From positions 99,017,522 through 99,081,521 of the forward strand of contig NC_134831.1 in the NCBI RefSeq assembly GCF_004210375.1: a stretch of DNA of 64,000 nt. The letters are read 5' to 3'. Within the stretch, counting starts at the first letter, position 1. Each line of letters opens with the position of its first letter. Below, piece by piece: positions 53,746 to 64,000 of the stretch. This DNA is from Tachypleus tridentatus (taxonomy: Eukaryota). Under the pieces are notes generated by a model. The model was not told the DNA's origin, searched no databases, and was given only the letters and a program-made list of their open reading frames with translations. The position numbers were made by a program, and so were the translations under genes.

Positions 53746-55777
53746 CTATCCTAATCCTAACATTGTTTACCCTTGTATTTAAAAACTCATTTCTGTTTGT
53801 TTTTATGTTAAATATTTTCATCCTTTTGGATGTCCTTATTTCCTGTTTGACCAACTTTCTTAATCTTCTATTATACCATGGTAAGATATATATATATATA
53901 TATCTTTATATATATATAATTAAAATGCATTATGTCAAGAATGGATTTTTATTTAAACATTATCATTTCTGCAACTTTAAATTTGTTCTTGATTCAGATC
54001 CCCAGATGTTCATTAACAAATTTCTTGGGCTTATAATGCAAAAAATCAAATTTCAATACTCATGATGGGCACAGCACAGATAGCCCATTTGTTTAGCTTT
54101 GTGTTTAACAACAAGCAAAGCCTATTCTGCCAACAACTCTTTCTTTTAGTATTCTGGTTATGGCAGTTGTTTTGTTTCCCAGTATTCTGACATTATTAAT
54201 ATCTGTACAGTATTTGGGTAGTAGGATAAAATAACTAAAGACATTTAAAAACTGGATCACTGTTGGCTGAAAAGTGATACCAAGAAACTGTCTCTACTAC
54301 ACTAAAATGTTAATGTTGATTCTAAGCCTCATTATTTTGTTATATGTTTAAGTAGACTTTAAAACAAGTTTTGGTTTATTTATCTGCACAGCTTCACACA
54401 AATAGCATGAAACAAATCCAATAGGCATAAAATTTTAAAACGACAAAGTGTACTTTTTTAAAGATACAAAACCAGGAAGAACATATGCTGAAAATTAAAG
54501 CCAGTTTTGCAACTTGTTGAAATTAAGATATAAAAAAAATGTATTCAGGTATATTCAGGCTACCTAGCAGAGAGCCAAAAGCTTCCTAAATATGTAGATT
54601 CAGGACTGTTAAAGCAAGAGAAAGTGCTTGAACATGGACAGCAAAAGGAAAAGACAAACACAAAGAAATAAATCTTTACTCTGAAAATTTTCTAAACTTA
54701 CTATCTTATTACAGCTCTCAGTTATGACCTTACTAGCTGCTGGAGTGATGATATGTTTTCACCAGACAAAAACAGAAATCACTATGATACATTGCATTTC
54801 TAAATAAGACAAATGATAAAATTATATCTTATATACAACCTAAATAACAATTCCAAATATCATATGCAGGAAAAACATAAAAAACCTTCCCATGCATAAC
54901 AATTTTTACAAGTACCTCTATCACCCCTTGAGACTAACTTACCACAAGAAACAAAGAAACAGTGCCAAAGAGATATACAAGCTGTTGTAGATGTACATCC
55001 TGCAAGATAATTACCACATGTTTAAGACCATCTGGATGTCACATATGGATAACAAAAATACTGTAATCACATGCAGAAAACCTGTATGAAAATTTTAAAA
55101 AATTCCCTGAATAAATATACATCCTACACCACTTAAAGAAGGGTTACCTTAGCTATTTAAACTGCTATACACATTCTGGATAAGCTTTAAATGTACAAAC
55201 CAATGTTTTCTATTGCCTTTTTAGTTTCTTTTATGACTGGGGTGAACATAATTTATTTTGGGTACACCTTTATAAATCATATAGTTTGCAGTATTTGACT
55301 AATTATTCAGTAATATAAGAAACAATCAAAGTAAATTCTCCCCAGGGAGACTGATTTGTACATTTCACGTTTTAAAAACCTCAATATTCTAGGTGCCTAA
55401 CTCCCCTCGAGGTCCAATAATACCAGGAGAAATAAGTTGGTATCTTAGGAGAGGAATAGGAGAGTCAAGCTCAGAACTTAAATTAGATACGTGGCAGGAA
55501 ATTTGGAATAGAAGAGTCAGATTAGAATATTATCAACTTTTTACGTGTACTCAGAACCTCACGAAACAAGTCTTGCATTTGAATATTAAGAAATGCCACT
55601 ACATGAATGAAACCAAAAATGAATTCCAGCTGCAAACAAATAAAGACTGTTCCTTTTGAGTGTTTTTATTTGTTAAAAATGTAATATATATTAAATAATG
55701 CTTGTCATAAACGTTTTTATACTTGATTAATCTAGTAAAATTGAAGGGTGAAAAAGTTTGATATATTAAGTCTATCT

Positions 55778-56050
55778 TTGTTTGTTTTGAATTTCGCACA
55801 AAGCTACTCGAGGGCAATCTGTGCTAGCTGTCCCTAATTTAGCAGTGTACGACTAGAGGGAAGGCAGCTAGTCATCACCGCCCACCGCCAACTCTTGGGC
55901 TACTCTTTTACCAACGAATAGTGGGATTGACCATCACATTATAACGCACCCACGGCTGAAAGGGCGAGCATGTTTGGCGCGACGGGGATGCGAACCCGCA
56001 ACCCTCAGATTACGAGTCGCGCGCCTTAACACGCTTGGCCATGCCAGGCC
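55778..56050 (-). mobile_element. tRNA-derived SINE (family 1), CpG-rich copy.
   Basis: About 90 percent identical to 19836-20115. The tRNA-like box B region gggatgcgaacccgc is retained. Confidence 0.9.
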
Positions 56051-56339
56051 TTATTAAGTCTATCACACACAGGAATTAACTGAAAGTGAAATTCACCATA
56101 CAGTTTCAAAGTAACAACACTTACGTTATCTAGTAACGACTATCAAAGCGCTCCTAAGCAATTTTGAATGACAAAGCATTTTGTAATTCATGATGACGAG
56201 GAACCCACTGAAGATGATCTAAAAAGGTCGAAACATTGTTCTGTACTTTATTTTAAATAAAGTTTTAATACCCGTACCAGCCGTCTCAGAAAAACAAAAA
56301 ACGAAAAATGAAAACTCGATATGAAAAAAAACCATTCGA

Positions 56340-56870
56340 GCTTGTTTTGTTTTGTTTTTTAATTTTGCGCAAAGCTACACGAAGGCTATCTGAGTTAGCC
56401 GTCCCTAATTTAGTAGTGTAAGGCGAGAAGATTTGTTTGTTTGTTTGGAAATTTCGCACAAAGCTACTCGAGGGCTATCTGTGCTAGCCGTCTCTAATTT
56501 AGCAGTGTAAGACTAGAGGGAAGGCAGCTAGTCATCACCACCCACCGCCAACTCTTGGGCTACTCTTTACCAACGAATAGTGGGATTGACCGTCACATTA
56601 TACACCCCCACGGCTGGGAGGGTGAGCATGTTTAGCGCGACGCGGGCGCGAACCCGCGACCCTCGGATTACGAGTCGCACGCCTTACGCGCTAGGCCATG
56701 CCGGGCCAAGGCGAGAAGAAAGGCAGCGAGTCATCACCACCCACCGCTAACTCTTTTACCAAAGAATAATGGGATTGACTGTCACATTATAATGCTCTCA
56801 CGGCTGAAAGGGCAAGCATGTTTGGTGTGATGGTGATTGGAACCCGCGACCCTCGGATTACAAGCTAGTC
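56340..56870 (-). mobile_element. Nested SINE1 insertion. One SINE1 copy (56340-56431 plus 56707-56870) is split by a complete SINE1 (56432-56706), with an 11-bp target-site duplication aaggcgagaag.
   Basis: The left fragment ends ...gtaaggcgagaag and the right fragment begins aaggcgagaagaaaggcagcgagtcatcacc. The inserted copy is full length, tail to tRNA head. Confidence 0.8.
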
Positions 56871-57214
56871 GTGTTTATGAACAAGGAGGAAAATATAGTA
56901 GCTAAAATAATTTGGTCATTGAAAATATTTTATATTCTATTTTTAGACGTCTTGAAAAACAAAAACGAATAGTCTTTCAATACATTTAAAGTGTTCTCAT
57001 TTCTCCCTTCAATAGTTATTTCAATTAAAAGAAACTTTATGCAACCAAAAACTAGCCCAAAATTAAACTATATTCACTCGCACTGTTGATACTACTCTGT
57101 TGAAAATAGGAAGGTATGAATTATTCGATCCTCCAATCACATGTTCAGATAGATATATTGAGTACAAGATGTTGAGACTCTTAGCATATCCGTAGTCAAG
57201 GCTTTCTAAATCTC

Positions 57215-57335
57215 GCACCCCGCTAGTACAGCGTTATGTCTCCGGATTTACAACGCTAAAATCAGGGGTTCGATTCCCCTCGGTGGGATGAGCAGATAGG
57301 CCTTTGTGGCTTTGCTATACGAAAAGCAAACAAAC
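57215..57335 (+). mobile_element. SINE2 copy with the best-preserved tRNA-like head.
   Basis: The sequence gctagtacagcgttatgtctccggatttacaacgctaaaatcaggggttcgattcccctcggtggg has tRNA-like D and T arms but no intact acceptor stem. The tail is gcaaacaaacaa. Confidence 0.75.
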
Positions 57336-58423
57336 AATTCTAAGTCCCGGAAACCTGACCTGTACTATATTCCATTGATACTATGGACAGGATAAACTTA
57401 GATATACTTTGAAGAAGCTCTAAAAATCGCGTAGGTATTGAATATACTTAAGTTATTTTAAAGTCTTTGTTAGTTTAAAAATATGTGTATGTCATACATA
57501 ATTAAAGTCAACTAAAATAAAGTGTTAAAGCATTATTACTGCTTATTCAAACTTTATTCTTCTAAACAAAAGGTGGTTATTTTGGATGAGCCCTACAGAA
57601 ACTCGCTCTTATAGCGCACCCATAAAACCATAATTTGGAATACACTCTGGATAAATTTAATTTACTGAGTTCCAATTGCAATAACGTCATGAATTTATTA
57701 ATTTCATCCGAGTTGTAATAAGTATTTAAGAAAGTTTTGTGTTCGCTATTAATTATTGCAATTAAATAAAAACAACATTATTTAACTATCTTTTAATGTT
57801 GTTATTGTTAACCACCAAACTAGTTTAAGGACGATTCCTAGACTCAAATAAACACTACAATCGGATATTAATGTCCGAATCATTTCCACTCAGGCAACGA
57901 TTGTTTATTGATTATAAGAGTTAATTCCGGATTATACAACTCTCTGTTTCAGAGAGGGATAGTTTTACTTATTTGTTTCTGGAACAGTACGCAGACTTAT
58001 GTTACCCTTCCCTAAAACACTCTACTTAAACTTCAACTTGATTCTTTTTGACGTTTTTTAGATGTCGAATAATTAATCCTTTTAATGTTTATTAAAAATA
58101 TATTAAAACGTGTTGATTAGCCTAAATATTATTTGCATAATATTTTAATTTATTACTCTCTTTTTTCTCTTTAAAGCGCTCAATGGTGCAGCTGAGCTGC
58201 CTATGGACTAATTTCTTTTAGAGAATAAAATTTTGTTTTGTTTTATATCATATATGGCGTTAATATAATTATAAAATTAATTGTAAAACAACAATTTCCA
58301 AATGTCTTTTTTGCCATATCAATAATGTTCTTCATCAGACACAACTTTTACAGTAACTGTATAAAATGTGATAAAATAACGGATAACACAGGTTATGGCA
58401 AGTTAAAAACAACAGGTGGCAGA

Positions 58424-59335
58424 GTATACGAGGTCTGTTCAAAAAATACGCGGACTGACGTCATAAAACAAAATGTACTTTATTTAGAAGTTACAGGTCT
58501 GGGACCCCTTCAAAGTACTCTCCTCCCCAACGCACACACTTATCCCAACGGTGTTTCCACTTGTTGAAACAGTCCTGGTATGCTTCTTTTGTAATGTCCT
58601 CCATCTCCTTCGTCGCATTTGCCTTAATCTCGGGAATCGTCTCAAATCTTCTTCCTTTCAAGGGTCTTTTGAGTTTGGGGAACAAGAAAAAATCGTAAGG
58701 AGCAAGGTCAGGTGAGTAGGGGGTGGGGAAGAACAGTGGTCGAGTGTTTGGCCAAAAACTCACGAATTCTGAGGGCTGAATTTCGCAGCAACGCGGTGCA
58801 TCTTCAATTTTTCGGTCAAAATCTCGTAACAAGATCCAACTGATATCCCACACTCTTCAGCAAGCTCCCTGACAGTCAGACGTCGATTTGCCCGCACCAG
58901 GGTGTTGATTTTCCCGACGTGTGGGTCGTCAGTTGACGTGGAAGGACGTCCAGGACGCTCATTATCTTCAATGGACTGTCGACCATCCTTAAAACGTTCA
59001 TGCCACTTTAAACATGCCGTACGCTTCAGAGCAACATCACCGTAAGCCGTGTTAAGCATAGCAAAAGTTTCAGTCGCAGATTTTCCAAGTTTAACACAAA
59101 ATTTCACAGCACGTCGTTGCTCCTTCAGGTCATTCATTCTGAAATCCGCCAAACGAAAAAATCGCACTTCACTTAAAACCGCGTAGCTAATACACAAATG
59201 AAGATATCTGCAATCGGGAAATGGCGTCGTAATCAGCTGATCTGTGCGAACCTAGCGATACCAAGCGGATTCCCCTGGAACCAACTGGAGCCGCGCAATT
59301 CAAACAGTCCGCGTATTTTTTTAACAGACCTCGTA
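58424..59335 (-). mobile_element. Internally deleted mariner-family element, about 0.9 kb, with roughly 30-bp TIRs and a TA target-site duplication. The transposase is fragmented.
   Basis: TIRs acgaggtctgttcaaaaaatacgcggactg and cagtccgcgtatttttttaacagacctcgt, flanked by TA. The minus-strand ORFs give the N-terminal HTH region (RPGRPSTSTDDP...LTVRELAEECGIS) and the C-terminal region (YSPDLAPYDFFLFPKLK). The central catalytic DDD core is missing. Confidence 0.9.
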
Positions 59336-59872
59336 TTGTGTTTTATTTTGCATCTTAAAGGTTTAGGCTGCCTTCATAAAATAAATTCATTTTTTATTAG
59401 CTACGAGAAATTTGGCTTAAAATACACGAAACTTTAAAATGTAGAAAAAATAATAACGTTATAACGGTTTAACTGGTAGGTGGTAAGTAAACTGTTGAAA
59501 GAAAAGTATTGTTGAAATGATTAACTGTTACTTGTAGCAACGAAAGTTCTATCAAGTTTAGAGATTGAAATGTTGATAAAAAGTTTAGAAAAAACGACCT
59601 CTACACCCCAGATAAATAAAAAGTATATATTTTTATTCGAACCAATGTTTCGCCTTTGCGAGCTTCTTCAGAGTTAATATACACAACTGTTCGATATTAA
59701 AACAGTTATTAAAATATAAAACTGCTTGTAATGTTCTGTTTCTCAAGTCTGCTGTAACGTGCGTCTAACAATATGTAAATTAATATAATTGTTTCACTCT
59801 TGTTTTAATATTATAATGTATATATAATACCAACTATACAGCTTTGCTAATTAATACATGACAAATATACTG

Positions 59873-60170
59873 CCCGGCATGGCCAAGCGCGTAAGGCGTG
59901 CGACTCGTAATCCGAGGGTCGCGGGTTCGCGCCCGCGTCGCGCCAAACATCCTCGCCCTCCCAGCCGTGGGGGCGTTATAATGTGACGGTCAAGACCACT
60001 GTCCGTTGGTAAAAGAATAGCCCACGAGTTGGCGGTGGGTGGTGATGACTAGCTGCCTTCCCTCTAGTCTTACACTGCTAAATTAGTGACGGATAGCCCT
60101 CGAGTAGCTTTGTGCGAAATTCCAAAACAAACAATCTTTGTGCAAAATTCCAAAAAAAAAAGACAAATAT
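59873..60170 (+). mobile_element. tRNA-derived SINE1, plus orientation (tRNA-like head first, A-rich tail).
   Basis: Head ggcatggccaagcgcgtaaggcgtgcgactcgtaatccgagggtcgcgggttcgcgcccg. Tail ...caaaacaaacaa...ccaaaaaaaaaa. Confidence 0.9.
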
Positions 60171-60644
60171 ATTTTATGAGATATAACAATAGAGAACTAC
60201 ATATTTTATGATTAGCTAAAAAAAGTACATAGACAAAAATAGAAGCTGCTAAGAAACAATAAGTGGAGAGAATGCAAAGTGTACTAGCGGTGTTTTAAAC
60301 AAGTTGCTGACTATGTGTTACTCTACGCAAGTGTTAAACTAAAAGTAACAATCAAGTATATTGGTATAATATATTGTTATTGGAATGTTGGTTTAGTTAC
60401 ATCACCCATTATTTCTGTTAATTTCTAGATTTTTTTCGTCAATGAGTACAGCTTAAATACATTTTCTCTGTTTAAAATATTTGGTTATTTGTAAGATAGA
60501 AACTGAATAAAGAAATAAATATATCTGGAGTGTAAAGGCCGTTTTTTTCTCTTTTTTTTTTTTCCCGAGAAACACTGTAACCTCGATAGAACTTTTGTTT
60601 GCTAGAAATTGCAGGTTTATTATTTCATCAACAAACTTTACTAC

Positions 60645-60930
60645 TAGGCCAAGTGAGTTAAGGCGTTCGATTCGTAATCCGAGGGTCGCGGGTTCGAATC
60701 TCCGTCACACCAAACATGGTCGCCCTTTCAGCCGTGGGGGCGTTATAATATTACGGTTAATCCCACTATTCGTTGGTAAAAGAGTAGCCCAAGAGTTGAC
60801 GGTGGGTGATGATGACTAGCTGCCTTCCCTCTAGTCTTACACTGCTAAATTAGGAACGGCTAGCGCAGATAGCCCTCGCGAAATAGCTTTGCGCGAAATT
60901 CTAAAAACAAAACAAACAAACAGCTTTACT
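60645..60930 (+). mobile_element. tRNA-derived SINE1, plus orientation.
   Basis: Head gccaagtgagttaaggcgttcgattcgtaatccgagggtcgcgggttcgaatctccgtcac, with a T-loop-like GGTTCGAATC. Tail caaaacaaacaaac. Confidence 0.9.
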
Positions 60931-62139
60931 AATTAATATGTTAGCATGCTGTACAAACGAACTCAGTAGATTTGAATATAATTTATTATTTAAGTTATTT
61001 GAAGTTTTGTACTGTCAGTTTCAGTAAACACTCCTGCAGAAACTGTAAAGTGAAACGTTGAGTGTCTAATTAAAATAAAAACGTTTTGGTGTCATAAAAT
61101 CGTTTATTTCTAGTATTAATAAGTATATACAGCTGTTTCAGTTTAACGCAAGCGTTACGACTTAAATAGTTTGCAAAGCTCGAGTGTCATATTTACTTAT
61201 TGTAAGATATTTTACGCTACGTTTGCTTACATAACTGTTTACGAATCATAAGCTGTATAGTTTGTTCAGTTGTTATGAATTAGCGATTGTTTACAACAGC
61301 GAGATTACTGCATCATGTCGCAAGAACTTTTTGAATTTCAAGTTTGTTTAACTGCGTATTATTACATCATAATATCTATTATTGCGTGAAATGTTCTAGA
61401 CTTTTGTCGAGGTATAAATAAGTATCGAAAAGTCGTTATTTAGTTCTAGTTGCAGACTGCGAAATCGTGAATTTAGCGATAAAAAGTATATTGTGACGAT
61501 TTTTAAAGCGAAATTATCACAGACTACATTATAATAACAGAGTAGAAAAAATAATTCGTTTTGTCAATTGTGTTTAAAAGTAATCAAACTAACCTGTTTA
61601 AAGCTCTGGATACAACTGTGATAATCAACACTATAACGAACATTTGTACATACGTTTGATTTATTTTTAATTACTGTTTTTTTAAACAAACGGACTGTGT
61701 AGCTAATTGTTTATAGTTGAAATTTATCGCCAACAGATCACAGACACCAACTGCAAAGAATATAGAATCTGGTCTTACAAAACCTGCAAGTAACCTTTTT
61801 CAATTTAAAGTGTAGCAGTTGTATACGTTTTACAAGCTTTTGTTTCTTCCTTGTTTTAAAACCGAACAGTAAAACCAGGTTAACGTTAATAATGAGAAGT
61901 TGAATATTTTTTAGGAAACAAAAATGTTAATAATTGTAACATCTGAGTTACTTGCGACGGGCGGTTGTATTACAATAGCGTGTTAACAGGACTTTAACGA
62001 GGTTTAACAAAGTACTAGTTACGTCATATCCGGTTTAATTATTTCGTATATTGCAAATAGAAAGCCATAGGCGGGTTGTTCGTTTGTTGTTATGTGCAGA
62101 ACTATACAGTTGACTATATGTGTTGTATCAAACCCAGTT

Positions 62140-62940
62140 TTTAGCAGTGTGATCCATTGTGGTAACCACTGAGCCACTTCCTCTTTACCTCCCAATGACC
62201 AAAAGTATGTGGACACCTTTTCTAGTTAGTAGGTTCGGCTACTTCAGCCACACCCATTGCTAACAGGTGCATAAAATCAAGCATACAGCCATGTAATCTC
62301 CATACACAAACATTGGCAGTAGAATGAGTCGTACTGAAGAGCTCGGTTACTTTCAACGTGGCACTGTCACAAGATGCCACCTTTCCAACGATTCAGTTCG
62401 TCAAATTTCTGCCCTGCTAGAGCTGTTCCGGTCAACTGTAAGTGCTGTTATTGTGAAGTGGAAACATCTAGGAACAACAATAGCTCAGCCACAAAGCGGT
62501 AGGCCTCACAAGCTCACAGAACAGGACCGCCGAGTGCTGAAGCGCGTAAAAATCGTCTGTTCAAAGTTACAACACTCACTACCGAGTACCAAACTCCCTC
62601 TGGAAGCAACGCCAGCACAAGAATTATTCGCCGGGAGCTTCATGAAATGGGTTACTATGGCCGAGCAGCCGCACACAAGCCTAAGATCACAATGCGCAAT
62701 GCCAACATGGGCTAGAGTGGTATAAAGAACACCGCCATTGGACTCTGGAGCAGTGGAAATGTGCTCTGTGAAGTGATGAACCACGCTTTACTTCGTGGCA
62801 GTCTAATGGACGACTCTGAGGTTGGTAGATGCCAGAAAAACGCTACTTGCCTGAATGCATAGTGGCAACTGTAAAGTTTTGTGGAGGAGGAACAATGGTC
62901 TGGGGCCGTTTTTTTATGGTTGGGGCTCTTTAGTTCTGGT
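62140..62940 (+). pseudogene. Tc1-family transposase pseudogene. It has a terminal sequence, a frameshifted ORF, and a 3' end truncated by a SINE1 insertion.
   Basis: The ORF at 62324-62725 gives a Tc1-like N-terminus (RGTV..., RPHKLTEQDRRVLKR). Shifted frames further downstream give WSDE-like and TVKFCGGGTMVWG (GGGS/VMVWG) motifs. A TIR-like cagtgtgatccattgtgg...ccaaaagtatgtggacacc lies at 62140-62220. Confidence 0.8.
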
Positions 62941-63200
62941 CTGGCATGGCCAGGTGGTTAAGGCGTGCGATTCGTAATCTGAGGTCGCGGGTTCGCATCC
63001 CCGTCGCAACAAACATGCTCGCCCTTTCAGCCGTGGGGGCGTTATAATATGACAGTCAATCCCACTATTTGTTGGCAAAAGAGTAGCCCAACAGTTGGCG
63101 GTAGGTGGAGATGACTAGCTGCCTTCCCTCCAGTCTTACACTGGTAAATTAGGAACGACTAGCGCAAATAGCCCTCGAGCAAAATTTAAAAAAAAAATTA
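62938..63200 (+). mobile_element. tRNA-derived SINE1, plus orientation. It is inserted into and truncates a Tc1 transposase pseudogene.
   Basis: Head ggcatggccaggtggttaaggcgtgcgattcgtaatctgaggtcgcgggttcgcatcc. The tail ...aaaatttaaaaaaaaaatt follows the transposase pseudo-ORF directly. Confidence 0.88.
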
Positions 63201-64000
63201 TAAACGTATATTTTTCTTCGGTAAATACTACTAACGGGCAGTTCATATAAATCATTTGTTACTGCTGCTTTCACATTTATACAAAAAAAAACATTTATCA
63301 GCAAATTATATTGGTATTTGCATAAAGATTAGTGCATACACCGTGATTTTCAAAAAAATCTATCCTGTTATAGAAGATTTAGATTGAGAAATTAAATAAA
63401 CGTCGATAGGTATTCAACTTATGACACTTGTCAACATGATTGATACACACAAATTCTTTTTAAATACAAAAAAAATAATATATAAACAATAATACAGTTT
63501 ACAAGAACGGTTACTACAAATAACGATTTATATACAGAAGTTTTACAAACTTATAAACAATATCGAGTCTTCTTTCTGGTCTGGAAGTTTCTTACCATTT
63601 TTCGAAGGTTCACAATGAGCGAGTTAATTTCGAGTTGATATAGATACAAATTACTTAACACGGAGCTCTGTATTCTTCGTTGATCAGACATTGAGGTTTT
63701 CACCGCTAAGTTATATAATGCCTTCTTAACAAGAACAATATTCCATGTGAATCCACTGAATTTAAATGGTTTGTACTGTTCAAAATCTATAAACTTTCCT
63801 GGTCAAATATTTGAAGTTCCCAATTAATAAGCGTTAATCTTAATTATAGCTTCCGAGATGTATTGTATAACAAATGTAGCAAACCAATAATACATACTGT
63901 CTCTTGGCGCGTCGTGTTGGTTATATTTAGAGAAGTGAAAAGAGTGTCTAGAAATTTCAGCCTACATAACTATACAGATGATACACTAGTGTTTACGTAC

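Noticed and set aside
54905-55000. Candidate N-terminal myosin exon (translations DVHLQQLVYLFGTVSLFLV / MYIYNSLYISLALFLCFL followed by gtaagt).
   Set aside because: Similarity to the conserved IYTYIGPVLVSVNPY block is too weak and not in register. Only a donor motif is present.
57215-57300. Possible tRNA gene (GGGGTTCGATTCCCC T-arm).
   Set aside because: No intact 7-bp acceptor stem. The sequence continues into a SINE2 body and (CAAA)n tail and matches other SINE2 copies, so it is a SINE head and not a tRNA gene.
1-64000. A prokaryotic defence or other novel operon-like system.
   Set aside because: The window is eukaryotic: spliced exons with GT-AG introns, SINEs, mariner/Tc1 elements and satellites. 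There are no gene-dense, same-strand ORF clusters.

Overview
This window is eukaryotic (metazoan) genomic DNA, not a prokaryotic locus. It is AT-rich and intron-dense, with many satellite arrays and transposable-element insertions. No bacterial-style operon or defence system is present.

The only protein-coding gene I can support is a class I unconventional myosin, closest to the vertebrate MYO1C type. It lies on the minus strand and spans essentially the whole window. I reconstructed 19 exons from the P-loop exon at about 52.9 kb, through the motor domain and the IQ region at 12.7 and 11.2 kb, to a possible TH1 exon at 2.4 kb. Every GT-AG junction is present and the intron phases agree across all 18 junctions. 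The N-terminal exons (before the P-loop) and most tail exons were not found and probably lie outside the window or among the repeats.

The introns carry at least ten distinct tandem-repeat arrays, including a roughly 5 kb satellite of 109-bp units. They also carry two tRNA-derived SINE families, a pair of Harbinger-like MITEs, two LINE fragments, an internally deleted mariner element and a Tc1 transposase pseudogene.

Most long ORFs in the supplied six-frame track are artefacts of stop-free tandem repeats or are antisense to transposon fragments.

The most unusual local structures are:
- a tandem amplification of the 3' half of one myosin exon inside its own intron, with splice donors preserved;
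- a 320-bp duplication that created a pseudo-exon copy;
- a perfect long hairpin in an intron;
- a CpG-retaining SINE/DNA-transposon nest with a SINE-in-SINE insertion.
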